Origin: a virus
Lineage: Duplodnaviria; Caudoviricetes
Reading direction: 5' to 3' (one strand)
IMG/VR virus record: IMGVR_UViG_3300028048_000064
Span: 64,001-128,000 of that record
DNA: 64,000 nucleotides
Shown here one piece after another: positions 22,357 through 32,896 of the stretch. The notes beneath the pieces were generated by a model. It was not told where the DNA came from, did not search any database, and worked only from the letters and a program-made list of their open reading frames with translations. Every line of letters starts with the position of its first letter. Position 1 is the first letter of the stretch. Position numbers and translations under genes: made by a program.

Positions 22357-23265
22357 ATGAATAATACATATGGGATTGTAAAATCAAGTTTAATAGACCC
22401 TGCACAGGATGTACAGGTATTCTATCATTATAGACCAAGCCGTAGTTCAGAGGATAGTTCATTTAAGTCTTTCAAAGAGATTACAGATGTTTCATCTATT
22501 TTCTCAAATTCGGTAATTGATACAGATGATTTTGATAAACGTTTACCTGGTATGTATAATCTTAATTTGCCGGTTTCAATATTCGGGAAAAAAGGCATCT
22601 ATACGATTTATATTAGACCAAAGGAGTTTACATGCACAATCAAGGATGTAGGCTCATTGGCCGCATATCCTGATATAAAGGGTATTGTCATTGACATGAA
22701 CAGCGTTGAAAATCAGACATTGTTTGAGGCTGATAAACTTGTTGGCTATCGTGTTGAATACTTTGACTATGAGGGTAGTGGTTTGAAAAGACAAGAGTAT
22801 TATAGGCTTATTACAAGTAATAATATGTGTGAACCTGTTTCACAGAATTTAACATCTGCCAATACAAATTCAAATGGCTACAGATTTAATGGAAGTGGTA
22901 CGTTGTGCTTTATGACACTTACACCATCTACAAGTCCAAGTTTTAAGAGTAATTCCAAGCCTTATATAGGCTCTCCTAATCAGCAAATTGTAATTACTAA
23001 TACCAAATTTGACCCGGTAATGATTGAGGTTGAAATGGTTGACCATGATATTGAAACGCTGAGTATAATGAGTGAAGGAAATGTGGTAAGAAACCTCGAT
23101 AAAGGACAAGTGTCTTATTATAACTTTGAAAATGAGATATATAAGCAGTATGAGTTCTCTACCATTAAGGATAATTACACAAAGAATAGTGTTGCAGAGA
23201 TTAAGATTGACAGAAGTAACAATATTGATAATGAACTTGATATAAATGATTTAATAGAGGCATAA
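22357..23265 (+). CDS. putative virion structural protein (302 aa)
   Basis: Operon context; beta-rich composition. Confidence 0.5.
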   Translation: MNNTYGIVKSSLIDPAQDVQVFYHYRPSRSSEDSSFKSFKEITDVSSIFSNSVIDTDDFDKRLPGMYNLNLPVSIFGKKGIYTIYIRPKEFTCTIKDVGSLAAYPDIKGIVIDMNSVENQTLFEADKLVGYRVEYFDYEGSGLKRQEYYRLITSNNMCEPVSQNLTSANTNSNGYRFNGSGTLCFMTLTPSTSPSFKSNSKPYIGSPNQQIVITNTKFDPVMIEVEMVDHDIETLSIMSEGNVVRNLDKGQVSYYNFENEIYKQYEFSTIKDNYTKNSVAEIKIDRSNNIDNELDINDLIEA

Positions 23266-23268
23266 ACA

Positions 23269-26034
23269 ATGGGTCGTTACAGTAAATTACATAGTAATTA
23301 CATACTTAGTAAGAAGCATCAAGTCACCCATAAGGGTACAATCTTTGAAAGAGACTGGGTGACAATTGGCTCACAGCATCAGATTGAGAAAGGCAAGAAG
23401 CCTTATTATTCTGATACTAACTTCTTGTTTACTGACAACTCATATCCATCATATAAGAAAAAGTATAACTATGGAAAATGGGTTGCATCATGGGATTATG
23501 ATGATGTCAAGGATGCAAAAGATGAGGTAAATAAGGTTAAAGTCAATAAGACAAGTAACGACATACGTGATTTTGCCTATTATGGCTCTGCTGTAGAGTT
23601 GGTTAAGTCCTCTGTTACTAATATCATTAATTGGTTTCCAGCATATGTGGCATGTTCACACTCAGATATATATGTACCAAATGAAGATGGTACGGGATTT
23701 GTTGTATTAACAGGAACTAGATACAATCACATGATTGTAAACCCCTTTAATATTGATTTTGTACATACTTTATCACAAGAGGAAAAGGAAGGCACTAATG
23801 TTGATAGGTTTATGGCTGAGTCATATACTAGATATATGATTAAATTCGGTAATGATACACCCGGAGAAATTATAGCATATAGAAAAACACAATATGTTCC
23901 ATTAAATAGTAATTCAGATAACTCATTCGGTGTTTATACAGAAAACGAAGCTAAAACAAAAATAAAAAGTGGCGAATACCGTTATGCTGATTGCTACCCA
24001 GAATATTGGCTACCAGGTGGTAACAGAAAACCACTTTATCAAATAAACTTAGGTGCTGAGAATGAAACACATTTGGAACTTATTTTCCAAGCATATATCA
24101 TTGACTCAGAGATTGTTTTGCTTACCAAAAATAGTGGAACATCTGGTAATCCTGATTTTATGATTATTCCAAAAGAAGAAGTATTTGAGGAATATTTCAA
24201 CAATCTCGATGATTTTGAGAAACAACTTCTTACATTAAATTCAAAACCTGTATATAGAAATTCATTTTTGACACCTTTTGAGGGTGAGACAGATTATAAA
24301 TATGTATATCGTGATTATACATGGCCTTCAATAAGTGTTGATGGGTATCCTTATTCGTTTATTGACATTGTTTCAGAGGGTTATACTGATTATCTGTCAA
24401 GATTGGTTGATATGGCAACCACTTATGATGAATTATGGTGTGATAGCCTATATAGGAATATGACCCATGAGGCAATCAAGAACTTTGATTGGACTTATAC
24501 AAAGGACTATACTGACGGTGATGAACAAGATAATATAGATGGCGGTAATCAGATGATGAAACTTCTACGTATCTATGGCCGTGCATTTGATGACTTGAAG
24601 AGATATGCCGATGGCATTGGTTTTGTGTCAAAGAATACTTATGACGGCTATAACAATGAACCAGATGCAGAGATTTCAGATAGACTTGAGTTAATGGGTT
24701 GGGATGCCCCATCAGTTATACCAGATGCTACTGACGGAAATACAGATATTATCAAGATTGAAAAATCTTTCCTTGATAATGGAAATTATAAATGGTTTGA
24801 TGCCCAAAACTCAGAGGATATAGACACAGCCAAGACAGACATTAACTTTGCAAAACATCTTTTACTTTCATCAAGTAGGATTTTGAATACAAAGGGTACA
24901 ACGCAGGCTATTGATATGGTTATGGCATTGTTTGGATTTGGTGAAAAAGATTATACTTTAACAGAAAGGTTCTATAAGATACCTTATTCTTCATTGAAGA
25001 ATTTTGATGACGAATATACCACATCAGAAGAAGAAACAATGACATATGGTGAATTGGTTGATAATATCAACTTTTATAAGGACTATCCAAAGGCTTATGA
25101 TGATATATACAGTGGTGTACCTCTTGGTGATTACTATGTTTCCAAAAAAGCATATGTTAATAAAAATAACGGGTCTGTTATTGGGCAACAAGCTTATAAT
25201 GAGTTAGATGATAATACTAAAAAAGATTATGAGGAAGTAATGAAAACCACTCACTATATTATTCCTTTCTATACACAGAAGAGAGTGTATGATGGGGATT
25301 TATACTTCAATTCAAAGGGCGGTTGGGGTAAAAATGATATTGATGGCCAATATCTTGAAACCATGTCATATCTACATATTGTAGATGATTTCAGTGAATT
25401 GTTAAATCTTAACCCAAGTTCATTAAATGATGAAGACATATATTATGTATCAGATATGACAACTTACAGTGAATATGTGGAAACATTACCTGAGAATTTA
25501 TCCCATTTCTTTGTGATTATTGAAAATGGAAAATATAATCCACAACTTCCGGAGTCATGGGCTAATGTTGATATGACAAGTGATACAGATATTGCCAAGA
25601 AAGCTAAGTATCTTGATAGTTTGGTTTCTAACAATATTGGAAATAATCCACATGTCGGCTATGGTGCATATGATATGGGTGAGGATTTCATTGAGTATAT
25701 GAAGAAACCATTCAAATTTGCCCTTGATGAAGAATTATTGCCGGATGAATGGAAAGATGAAGCAGATAATTTCACATTTGTGGCTGACTATGAGGATAGC
25801 GTTGTAGTGTTTGGCAATGGAAATGAAGATAACATATATGGTAAGGTGAAGATAATTGATGATGGCACTACGGATTACTATATCAATCACAAGTATCTGA
25901 AACTCAAATTCAATCTTGATGATGAGAGGCAACCAAACGAACTTTTCAGAAATTATTTCATGAATGTTGTTCTGAAATATGTAATGCAAGTTATACCATC
26001 AACAACAATTTTGGAAATAAATTTCAATAGTTAA
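23269..26034 (+). CDS. putative baseplate/tail protein (921 aa)
   Basis: YGRAFDDLKRY and LNTKGTTQAIDMVMALFG resemble the KGT motif of P2 gpI-like baseplate proteins. Confidence 0.55.
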   Translation: MGRYSKLHSNYILSKKHQVTHKGTIFERDWVTIGSQHQIEKGKKPYYSDTNFLFTDNSYPSYKKKYNYGKWVASWDYDDVKDAKDEVNKVKVNKTSNDIRDFAYYGSAVELVKSSVTNIINWFPAYVACSHSDIYVPNEDGTGFVVLTGTRYNHMIVNPFNIDFVHTLSQEEKEGTNVDRFMAESYTRYMIKFGNDTPGEIIAYRKTQYVPLNSNSDNSFGVYTENEAKTKIKSGEYRYADCYPEYWLPGGNRKPLYQINLGAENETHLELIFQAYIIDSEIVLLTKNSGTSGNPDFMIIPKEEVFEEYFNNLDDFEKQLLTLNSKPVYRNSFLTPFEGETDYKYVYRDYTWPSISVDGYPYSFIDIVSEGYTDYLSRLVDMATTYDELWCDSLYRNMTHEAIKNFDWTYTKDYTDGDEQDNIDGGNQMMKLLRIYGRAFDDLKRYADGIGFVSKNTYDGYNNEPDAEISDRLELMGWDAPSVIPDATDGNTDIIKIEKSFLDNGNYKWFDAQNSEDIDTAKTDINFAKHLLLSSSRILNTKGTTQAIDMVMALFGFGEKDYTLTERFYKIPYSSLKNFDDEYTTSEEETMTYGELVDNINFYKDYPKAYDDIYSGVPLGDYYVSKKAYVNKNNGSVIGQQAYNELDDNTKKDYEEVMKTTHYIIPFYTQKRVYDGDLYFNSKGGWGKNDIDGQYLETMSYLHIVDDFSELLNLNPSSLNDEDIYYVSDMTTYSEYVETLPENLSHFFVIIENGKYNPQLPESWANVDMTSDTDIAKKAKYLDSLVSNNIGNNPHVGYGAYDMGEDFIEYMKKPFKFALDEELLPDEWKDEADNFTFVADYEDSVVVFGNGNEDNIYGKVKIIDDGTTDYYINHKYLKLKFNLDDERQPNELFRNYFMNVVLKYVMQVIPSTTILEINFNS

Positions 26035-26046
26035 CTATAAAGATTA

Positions 26047-26688
26047 ATGACGGTAAATGTAGAGAATAATACCTTGGAGTTTGATGCAAATTGGACTGAA
26101 GGTAGTAGTAATAATAAGAAGTCATTTACTGTAAGTGGCAGTAAGGGATTTCGTTATGAGGTAAGTGAGGGTGATTGGTTTGATGTTACTCTTACTGACA
26201 ATACATTTACTGTTACCGTAAGAGAAAACTTCAATATTGGCGAAAGAAACGGATATATATTGCTAAATAACAATATGGTACATGGCAATACAAGTGACGA
26301 AGATACAATAGATGAATTAGAGGTTGATATTCATCAGGATGGTATGAAATGTACAATAAACATTTCAGAAAATAGTGCCTCATTTGCTTCAAATCCAACA
26401 CATGAAGATGGTGATAAGATAATAATAAAGGAAGATAAGACTTTTACTGTTACAACTACAGGTGGGGTAAAGGATTTTATCATAAAGGAAATAAGGGAAG
26501 AATATACAAATAATACCAAACCAGTTCAATTTGACCATGGAATTAAGGTTGAAAAGATTAGTAAGACGCAGTTAAAGATTACAAGTTATGGCCGTGTATT
26601 TGACCCTAATGATAAAAAGTATATCATAACATTGGCACATAAAAACAATCGTGAAATAGCAAAAACAATAACAGTTACATACAGTTAG
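26047..26688 (+). CDS. BACON-like domain protein
   Basis: DWFDVT...FTVTVREN...ERNGYI has the W/N/R pattern of BACON domains. Confidence 0.6.
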   Translation: MTVNVENNTLEFDANWTEGSSNNKKSFTVSGSKGFRYEVSEGDWFDVTLTDNTFTVTVRENFNIGERNGYILLNNNMVHGNTSDEDTIDELEVDIHQDGMKCTINISENSASFASNPTHEDGDKIIIKEDKTFTVTTTGGVKDFIIKEIREEYTNNTKPVQFDHGIKVEKISKTQLKITSYGRVFDPNDKKYIITLAHKNNREIAKTITVTYS

Positions 26689-26700
26689 AAAAAAGACATT

Positions 26701-27081
26701 ATGGTACAATCATATTATAGTTATAAGAAACAATTACGTGAAAGTTATGTTGAACCGACAGTTTCATTACAAGAAGCAGCAGAGTCAACAAGAAAAGTCA
26801 GACGTAAGTCAAATGATAAATCTACTGATGAGGTTTATTTTGACCGTGAGGGTGGTGAAATGAGGTTTAAATATAAGTTAGAGCCTGAGCATGCAGAACT
26901 ATATGTTGAGATTTCATCTGATTTTATAACATATAGAACTGAGGATAATGATTTGATTTTAGTCGCAAAACCAAACCCATATAGTTTAGAAAGAAGATGT
27001 ATTGTTAAGATAATGAATTCATTTAATCCGTTATTCTCGCAGACAAAAGTCGTTATTCAGAAAGGAGTTGACCAAAAATAG
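26701..27081 (+). CDS. hypothetical protein with degenerate BACON-like C-terminus
   Basis: LVAKPN...ERRCIVKI...VVIQKG. Confidence 0.45.
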   Translation: MVQSYYSYKKQLRESYVEPTVSLQEAAESTRKVRRKSNDKSTDEVYFDREGGEMRFKYKLEPEHAELYVEISSDFITYRTEDNDLILVAKPNPYSLERRCIVKIMNSFNPLFSQTKVVIQKGVDQK

Positions 27082-27091
27082 CCAACTCCTT
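27063..27091. terminator. hairpin terminator between convergent genes
   Basis: AGGAGTTG...CAACTCCT stem at the convergent junction. Confidence 0.55.
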
Positions 27092-27099
27092 ATTTTTTC

Positions 27100-27930
27100 T
27101 TAAAGATTGATTAATCTTTCCTCATCATTTTGTATATCTTCATATGAGGTTATTTCGAATTTATATGTTCTATATAGGTTTTTAACCTCATGAAGCGTAT
27201 ATTTCATTGTATCAATATCCCATATGACAAATCCATGACCAGTTGTATTTTCTCCACTGTTGCATTGGAATACTGAGCCTGCATAGACAATTGGAACACC
27301 GTTTTTCTTTATTGTCTGATGTTTATGTATATGTCCTGCCATTACGCAGTCACATTCTTTGAAATCATCTGTATTGATACCACTTTCTGACATTCTGCCA
27401 ATATCCGTAACAGCACCGGCGATATCACCATGATATAAACCAATTAGTTTACAATCCGGGTTTTCTTCTCTTAACCCATCAATATTTGGTTTTGCGAACT
27501 TATCGAACATTGAGTATAGAACCCATATGATGTTATCATCCTTAATGTATCCGCTTTTATATTCAAGAGCCTTATCAGCATATATAATATTTGGATAAGC
27601 CCCTTTAATTGTGAATGTTGGCGATATTGAGTCCATCCTGTCTTGATTATTTTCAAGCATATCATGATTACCGGCCACAATAATCGTTTTGGCCATTGCA
27701 TTGAGATAATTCAAAAACTCATGGAATAAATCCTTTGATTCGTTGTCTGCTTTGATTTTCTTTTCAAATACATCACCAACGATGACAATTCTGACTTCCT
27801 CTTTCTTTAAATCCTTGATTTCAAGCATGATTTCGCCTGCAAGTTGCTTCAACATATCAGAGAATGGTCTATCTGTTGAAGAACTGTTAGGTATGTGCAA
27901 ATCAGCCATGAAAATAACTTTCTTAACCAT
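27100..27930 (-). CDS. sbcD: Mre11/SbcD-like (gp47-like) metallophosphoesterase nuclease
   Basis: ADLH, VGDVF, AGNHD, YHG, AGHIH, YAGS phosphoesterase motifs. Confidence 0.9.
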   Translation of the reverse strand: MVKKVIFMADLHIPNSSSTDRPFSDMLKQLAGEIMLEIKDLKKEEVRIVIVGDVFEKKIKADNESKDLFHEFLNYLNAMAKTIIVAGNHDMLENNQDRMDSISPTFTIKGAYPNIIYADKALEYKSGYIKDDNIIWVLYSMFDKFAKPNIDGLREENPDCKLIGLYHGDIAGAVTDIGRMSESGINTDDFKECDCVMAGHIHKHQTIKKNGVPIVYAGSVFQCNSGENTTGHGFVIWDIDTMKYTLHEVKNLYRTYKFEITSYEDIQNDEERLINL

Positions 27931-27948
27931 AGTTTCTTAAATTTTTTG

Positions 27949-27980
27949 CAAAGATACTACTTTTATTCCAAAAAAACAAA
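27949..27980 (-). promoter_or_regulatory. Bacteroidota sigma-A-type promoter
   Basis: Minus strand TTTG-N20-TATCTTTG upstream of the sbcD-like gene. Confidence 0.75.
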
Positions 27981-28009
27981 TAAAATTTGTTAAAAAATTC
28001 AAATTCTAT

Positions 28010-28025
28010 AGGTACCTAGGTACCT
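28010..28025. repeat. perfect 16-bp palindrome, also a tandem 8-mer (AGGTACCT)2
   Basis: AGGTACCTAGGTACCT in an AT-rich divergent intergenic region. Confidence 0.8.
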
Positions 28026-28084
28026 TATGTATTGAAAAATAAAATTAAAATATATAATTTTATTTTTATATAATATTATACTAG

Positions 28085-28846
28085 ATGGACCAGGACCTAA
28101 AGAAGCGAATTATACTTGGTTTGGATGTTTCCACACGTTGCATTGGTTCTACCGTTGCAAGCCTTGATGAGGATGGAACAATTAAGATTTTGGAAATAAG
28201 TCATTTGAAACTTAAAACCCCAAGAAAAACTAAGGGGACAAAGATTTTGTTCCAGAAGAGTGATGTATTTAAACAGAAGTTAGAGGATAAGTACACAAAA
28301 TATTTCATTACTGACGTTATTATTGAAGAGCCACTTATCAGCAGCAATAATGCTGAAACGGCAGCAACACTAATGAGATTTAACGGTATGATTTCACAGT
28401 GTGTAAAGGATGTTCTTGGTATTATTCCGGAATATATTTCTTCATATGATGCAAGAAAGTTTGGTTGCCCATCATTGATTGCAATCAGAAAGTACAATAA
28501 GGTGGGTGAAGTATATTCTCGTAAGAAGATAATGAAATGTATCAAGAAAAATGAATTAGTTTTGTTTGGCGCTTATCCGTTTGACTGTGCAAAGAAGTTC
28601 ATACTTTGGAATTATGTTTCAGAGAAGTTCCCTTACATCAAATGGGACTATAACAAGAAGGGTGAATTGAAAAATGAGAATTTTGATGCAAGTGACAGCC
28701 TTATGTGCGTTCTTGGCTATGTTTCCAAATGTAAGTATGGTGATAAGGAACCAGAGATTGTGAATAGTACGAGCAAAAAGAATAAAATTGAGTATACAAT
28801 TGATTTTTGCGGACAGAAATTTGACAAAGTTATAGATTTTGAGTAG
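28085..28846 (+). CDS. RuvC-like Holliday junction resolvase
   Basis: ILGLDVST, VIIEEP and FDASDS acidic RNase H-fold motifs. Confidence 0.75.
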   Translation: MDQDLKKRIILGLDVSTRCIGSTVASLDEDGTIKILEISHLKLKTPRKTKGTKILFQKSDVFKQKLEDKYTKYFITDVIIEEPLISSNNAETAATLMRFNGMISQCVKDVLGIIPEYISSYDARKFGCPSLIAIRKYNKVGEVYSRKKIMKCIKKNELVLFGAYPFDCAKKFILWNYVSEKFPYIKWDYNKKGELKNENFDASDSLMCVLGYVSKCKYGDKEPEIVNSTSKKNKIEYTIDFCGQKFDKVIDFE

Positions 28847-28871
28847 TTTTTTAATTAAAATTGCTTAAAAA

Positions 28872-28903
28872 TTTGGATATTTAGTATATTTTTAGTATCT
28901 TTG
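28872..28903 (+). promoter_or_regulatory. Bacteroidota sigma-A-type promoter
   Basis: TTTG-N20-TATCTTTG. Confidence 0.75.
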
Positions 28904-28924
28904 CAAAAAAAAAATAGAAGCAAA

Positions 28925-29941
28925 GTGGAAGAAAGTGTACTAAATTTGTTATATACCTTTTTGGGTAGTTATGGAAAACATTCAGGTGAATGGTATTCTT
29001 TTAATTGTCCTGAGTGTGCAGCAGAGAAAGGAGTTAAGGCCGACAATAAATACAACCTTGAAGTGAAGATAGACCTTACAGTTAAGGGCTGTGGAGGGTA
29101 TCATTGTTGGCGTTGTAAGGACACAAATGGTACAAAAGGTACACTTGTATCACTTTTCAAAAAATATGCCTCTAAAACGGTCTTAGATGAGTTTAAACAG
29201 ATAGTAAATGACTTCCGTGAAGCAAAGAAGTATGAACTATTTGATGGAAGTGGTGTAATTCCGGATGAATTTATTGAAGATAATGAATTTTATCTCCCTG
29301 AAGGTTTTAAACCTATAAGGGAAAATGACAAATATGCTGCCGATGTTAAGCAATATCTCTTGAAACGTGGTATTGATGATAAGATTATTAAGAAATACAA
29401 TATTGGTTATATTGGAAACAATCCATCAGTACATTTCTCATTAAGAAATAGGGTGGTTATACCATCATATGATGCTTTTGACAGCCTTAACTATTGGGTC
29501 GGACGTGATTATACAGGGAAAAACAAGATTAGATACAAAAACCCAAAGGCTGAGAAGACACAATTCATATTTAACGAGGGAAAAATCAATTGGTATGAGC
29601 CTATTACACTTGTAGAAGGTCCATTTGACCATATTGTAGTACCAAATTCAATTCCTTTGTTGGGTAAAACCTTGGATAAGGATTATTTGCTATATAAGAC
29701 ACTTATTCAGCGTTCAAGAAGTCTTATTTACATATTATTGGATGATGATGCATTATATAACGCCAAGAAGATATATAAATTGCTTGAAAATTCAGAATTA
29801 AGTGGCCGAATTAGGTTAATTGAATGTCCGGCAGGTTATGATGCTTCATTGGTGTATGAAAAATACGGAAAGAAAGGGATTGTTTCACTTTTAACACATG
29901 CCAAGAAGTTAAATGACTATGATTTAGCAACTTTTCACTAA
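28925..29941 (+). CDS. DNA primase (zinc finger + TOPRIM)
   Basis: CPEC...HCWRC zinc finger, YLLKRG, RVVIP, LVEGPFD, LDDD. Start moved to GTG 28925 because the TTG at 28901 lies in the promoter. Confidence 0.88.
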   Translation: MEESVLNLLYTFLGSYGKHSGEWYSFNCPECAAEKGVKADNKYNLEVKIDLTVKGCGGYHCWRCKDTNGTKGTLVSLFKKYASKTVLDEFKQIVNDFREAKKYELFDGSGVIPDEFIEDNEFYLPEGFKPIRENDKYAADVKQYLLKRGIDDKIIKKYNIGYIGNNPSVHFSLRNRVVIPSYDAFDSLNYWVGRDYTGKNKIRYKNPKAEKTQFIFNEGKINWYEPITLVEGPFDHIVVPNSIPLLGKTLDKDYLLYKTLIQRSRSLIYILLDDDALYNAKKIYKLLENSELSGRIRLIECPAGYDASLVYEKYGKKGIVSLLTHAKKLNDYDLATFH

Positions 29942-29945
29942 ATAA

Positions 29946-29977
29946 TTTGGTCATTTCAGAAAATTATAGTATATTTG
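29946..29977 (+). promoter_or_regulatory. Bacteroidota sigma-A-type promoter
   Basis: TTTG-N20-TATATTTG. Confidence 0.75.
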
Positions 29978-30003
29978 CAAACGTAAAAGAATATTAATTA
30001 AAA

Positions 30004-30435
30004 ATGACTGTTGAAGTAGAGTTAATAAATAGGATATATACGAATTTATGTGAGTTCTGTGATGCCAATGGCTTAGATGTACAGGAATACATGTCAAATG
30101 CTATTACGGAAAGATATAATCTTGATAAGTATGGTGATTTGAATGAGAAGTTGGCAAAGAAAGAAGAAAAGAAGCCAACTACTAAACGTACTAAGAAAAA
30201 TCAAAGCGAAGCAGAGTTAGCAACAGAAGAATTCAACAAAATTGTAGTTGATAAATTAGTTTCTATGGTTAAAGGAAATGATGAACAAGACAATAGAGCA
30301 CAGACTGATGAAATCAGAGAAGAAGTCATCAAGGAGGAAACAGAAGAAACAAAGCAGCCAACAATTGAACCCATTGTGGTACAAGGAGATGGTGACAAAC
30401 CTAAGAAGGTAAGAAGAACATTAAAAACTAAGTAG
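30004..30435 (+). CDS. hypothetical protein
   Basis: ORF directly after a promoter; charged C-terminus. Confidence 0.55.
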   Translation: MTVEVELINRIYTNLCEFCDANGLDVQEYMSNAITERYNLDKYGDLNEKLAKKEEKKPTTKRTKKNQSEAELATEEFNKIVVDKLVSMVKGNDEQDNRAQTDEIREEVIKEETEETKQPTIEPIVVQGDGDKPKKVRRTLKTK

Positions 30436-30451
30436 AAAAGAAAAAATATAT

Positions 30452-32872
30452 ATGGTAAATGTAAATCCGACTGATAAACTTGTATTTGATTTGAAGATGC
30501 TTCAGATTGACTACAATGAACAGAAGAAACAATCACTTAGAAAGGAAATATCAGAGAAGTATGGTGTTCCCTTGAAGAATGTTGAAATAAATTTCATACC
30601 AATTACTGTCAATAAGGATGGTGATAGAATTTCCTTGACATCAGATGTTATTGAGAATATCCAAGACCCAAATTTCCAAGTTGGTTTGTTTAAGGAATAT
30701 TTGGATTTAAAGGATATTAAGGATGTAGATTTTGAGGAAATCAAGAAAATTGATGCACAGGTCAACGCATTTGTAGATTTTGACCAATATTCAAAATATA
30801 AGTTGTATAAGTTCAAGTATGTAAAGTGGAAGAATTACCTTTCATATGGTAATGATAACTATTTTGACTTTACTAAACTTCACGGCCTTGTCCTTTTGAA
30901 TGGAGAACCTGAAAACCAGAGTGGTAAGACTACATTTGCCATTGATTTGCTTAGATTTGCATTATTTGGAAAGGCACAAAAGTCACCAAGTCTTGACAGT
31001 GTGTTTAATGTGTATCATCCGGAAGAAACTGAGGTAATGGTTGAAGCCGGTATTGAGATAGATGGCATAGACTATGTTATTAGAAGAACTGTTACACGTC
31101 CGGCATTAGCAAAGAGAACAAAGAAGAGTAAGGCCAAACAGAAGATTGAATATTTCAAACTCACAAATGGAGATTATGAACTTATTGAGAATTGTGAGGG
31201 TGAAAGTGGAACAGAAACCAATAATATTATTAAAGAGTCAGTAGGAAGTGTTGATGATTATAACCTTGTAATTTCTGCAACGGCAAAGACACTTGGTGAT
31301 TTGTTGGATATGGGTCAGACAGATAAGGGTAAACTCTTTTCTCGTTGGCTTGGATTACTTACAATTGAAAAGAAAGAAGAAATTGCCAAGGATTTGTGGA
31401 AGAAACAGATTTCTCCGTCTTTGCTTTCAAATACATATAATAAGGCAACTATTGATAGCGAAATCACTGATTATGAGGCAGCAATCAAGGGAGATAAGGA
31501 AGAGGTTGAGAAGACTCAAGTAAAATTGAATGCATCCAATGATAGGATAAATTCACTTAATACGGAAAAAGTCAATGTCCTTACCAATAGAAAGGAAATC
31601 AAAGAGGAATTGATTAAACTTGATGTTACAACCATTGAGACTAAACTTACAAATCATAATGCAGAACTTACCAATTACCGTGCTCAGTTGGCAAAATTCA
31701 AAGAGGATTATACAATTGTAAAAGATGCTAAATATGATGAGGATGAATATAATAAGGTAAATACTGCACGAGAGGGTAAAATTAAGGAACAGAAGGTATT
31801 TCTTGATAGGAATATTGAAATAAAGGTAGAAATCGGTCATTTACGTACAGATACCAAACGTATTGAGAAACTTATTGAGGATAAGGTTTGTCCTACTTGT
31901 GGCCATCCAATTGAATTAGATGAACAGAATGGCTTTATAGATAAGAATAAGCAAGCAGAGGATAAACTTATTGAGGAAGGAAAGAAAAACAAAGCCGAAA
32001 TTGATAAATTCACCGAAGAGATAGATAAGTTAGCAAAGACAATGGATGAAATGCTAATTCAGAAGGAAAATCTTAGGAAAAAAGGTGAATTAGAACTTAG
32101 AATGACAGCCATTAAGTCAAATATTGACACTATCAAACTTAAAATTGCTGACTTGGAGAGGCAAAAGGCTGAAATTGAAACAAATAGGGATAATATCAAA
32201 TATAATAATGAAATTGACCTTAAAATAAGAAATCTTGACGAAAGCATTAAGACTGAAACAAGGATTAAGGAACAATTCATTAAGGATATTGAAGCATATA
32301 ACAATGATGCCAAGAATTACGAGAAAGAGATAGAAAAACGTAAGACGTTGGTGGCTAAATTGTTAGAGGAAGAGAAAATTATCAGAAATTGGACTATTTA
32401 TCAACAATTAGTCGGAAAGAACGGTATTGTAAAGATTGTACTTAAGAGAGCATTACCGATTATCAATAATGAAATTGCACGTATCCTTAATGGTTTATGT
32501 GACTTTGAAGTAAAGTTGTCAGTTTCAGATGATGGTAAGGTTTGCATGGATTTGATAAGGGATGGCGTTGCATTGGATTTATCCACAGGTGCTTCCGGTT
32601 TTGAAATGACAGCATCTGCTCTTGCAATAAGAAGTGCTTTGGCAACCGCAACGGCTCTTAGCCATAGTAATGCGTTGGTTCTTGACGAGATTGATAGTGC
32701 TGTGGCAGCGTCGAATTATGATAATCTAAGGGAACTGTATAAGCGAATAATCAAGAATTATGATTTCATATTACATATATGCCATAATGAGTTGCTGGCA
32801 GATTGGCACGATATTTGCATAACAGTGACAAAGGATATAAAGAACAATGTTTCAACAATTAAACTAAAATAA
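30452..32872 (+). CDS. sbcC: Rad50/SbcC (gp46-like) SMC ATPase with N-terminal extension
   Basis: KNYLSYG, NQSGKTT Walker A, long coiled coil with CPTCG zinc hook, ASGFE signature, LVLDE Walker B, ICH. Confidence 0.9.
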   Translation: MVNVNPTDKLVFDLKMLQIDYNEQKKQSLRKEISEKYGVPLKNVEINFIPITVNKDGDRISLTSDVIENIQDPNFQVGLFKEYLDLKDIKDVDFEEIKKIDAQVNAFVDFDQYSKYKLYKFKYVKWKNYLSYGNDNYFDFTKLHGLVLLNGEPENQSGKTTFAIDLLRFALFGKAQKSPSLDSVFNVYHPEETEVMVEAGIEIDGIDYVIRRTVTRPALAKRTKKSKAKQKIEYFKLTNGDYELIENCEGESGTETNNIIKESVGSVDDYNLVISATAKTLGDLLDMGQTDKGKLFSRWLGLLTIEKKEEIAKDLWKKQISPSLLSNTYNKATIDSEITDYEAAIKGDKEEVEKTQVKLNASNDRINSLNTEKVNVLTNRKEIKEELIKLDVTTIETKLTNHNAELTNYRAQLAKFKEDYTIVKDAKYDEDEYNKVNTAREGKIKEQKVFLDRNIEIKVEIGHLRTDTKRIEKLIEDKVCPTCGHPIELDEQNGFIDKNKQAEDKLIEEGKKNKAEIDKFTEEIDKLAKTMDEMLIQKENLRKKGELELRMTAIKSNIDTIKLKIADLERQKAEIETNRDNIKYNNEIDLKIRNLDESIKTETRIKEQFIKDIEAYNNDAKNYEKEIEKRKTLVAKLLEEEKIIRNWTIYQQLVGKNGIVKIVLKRALPIINNEIARILNGLCDFEVKLSVSDDGKVCMDLIRDGVALDLSTGASGFEMTASALAIRSALATATALSHSNALVLDEIDSAVAASNYDNLRELYKRIIKNYDFILHICHNELLADWHDICITVTKDIKNNVSTIKLK

Positions 32873-32896
32873 AAGAATATGAGTTAGGAAAGACAT

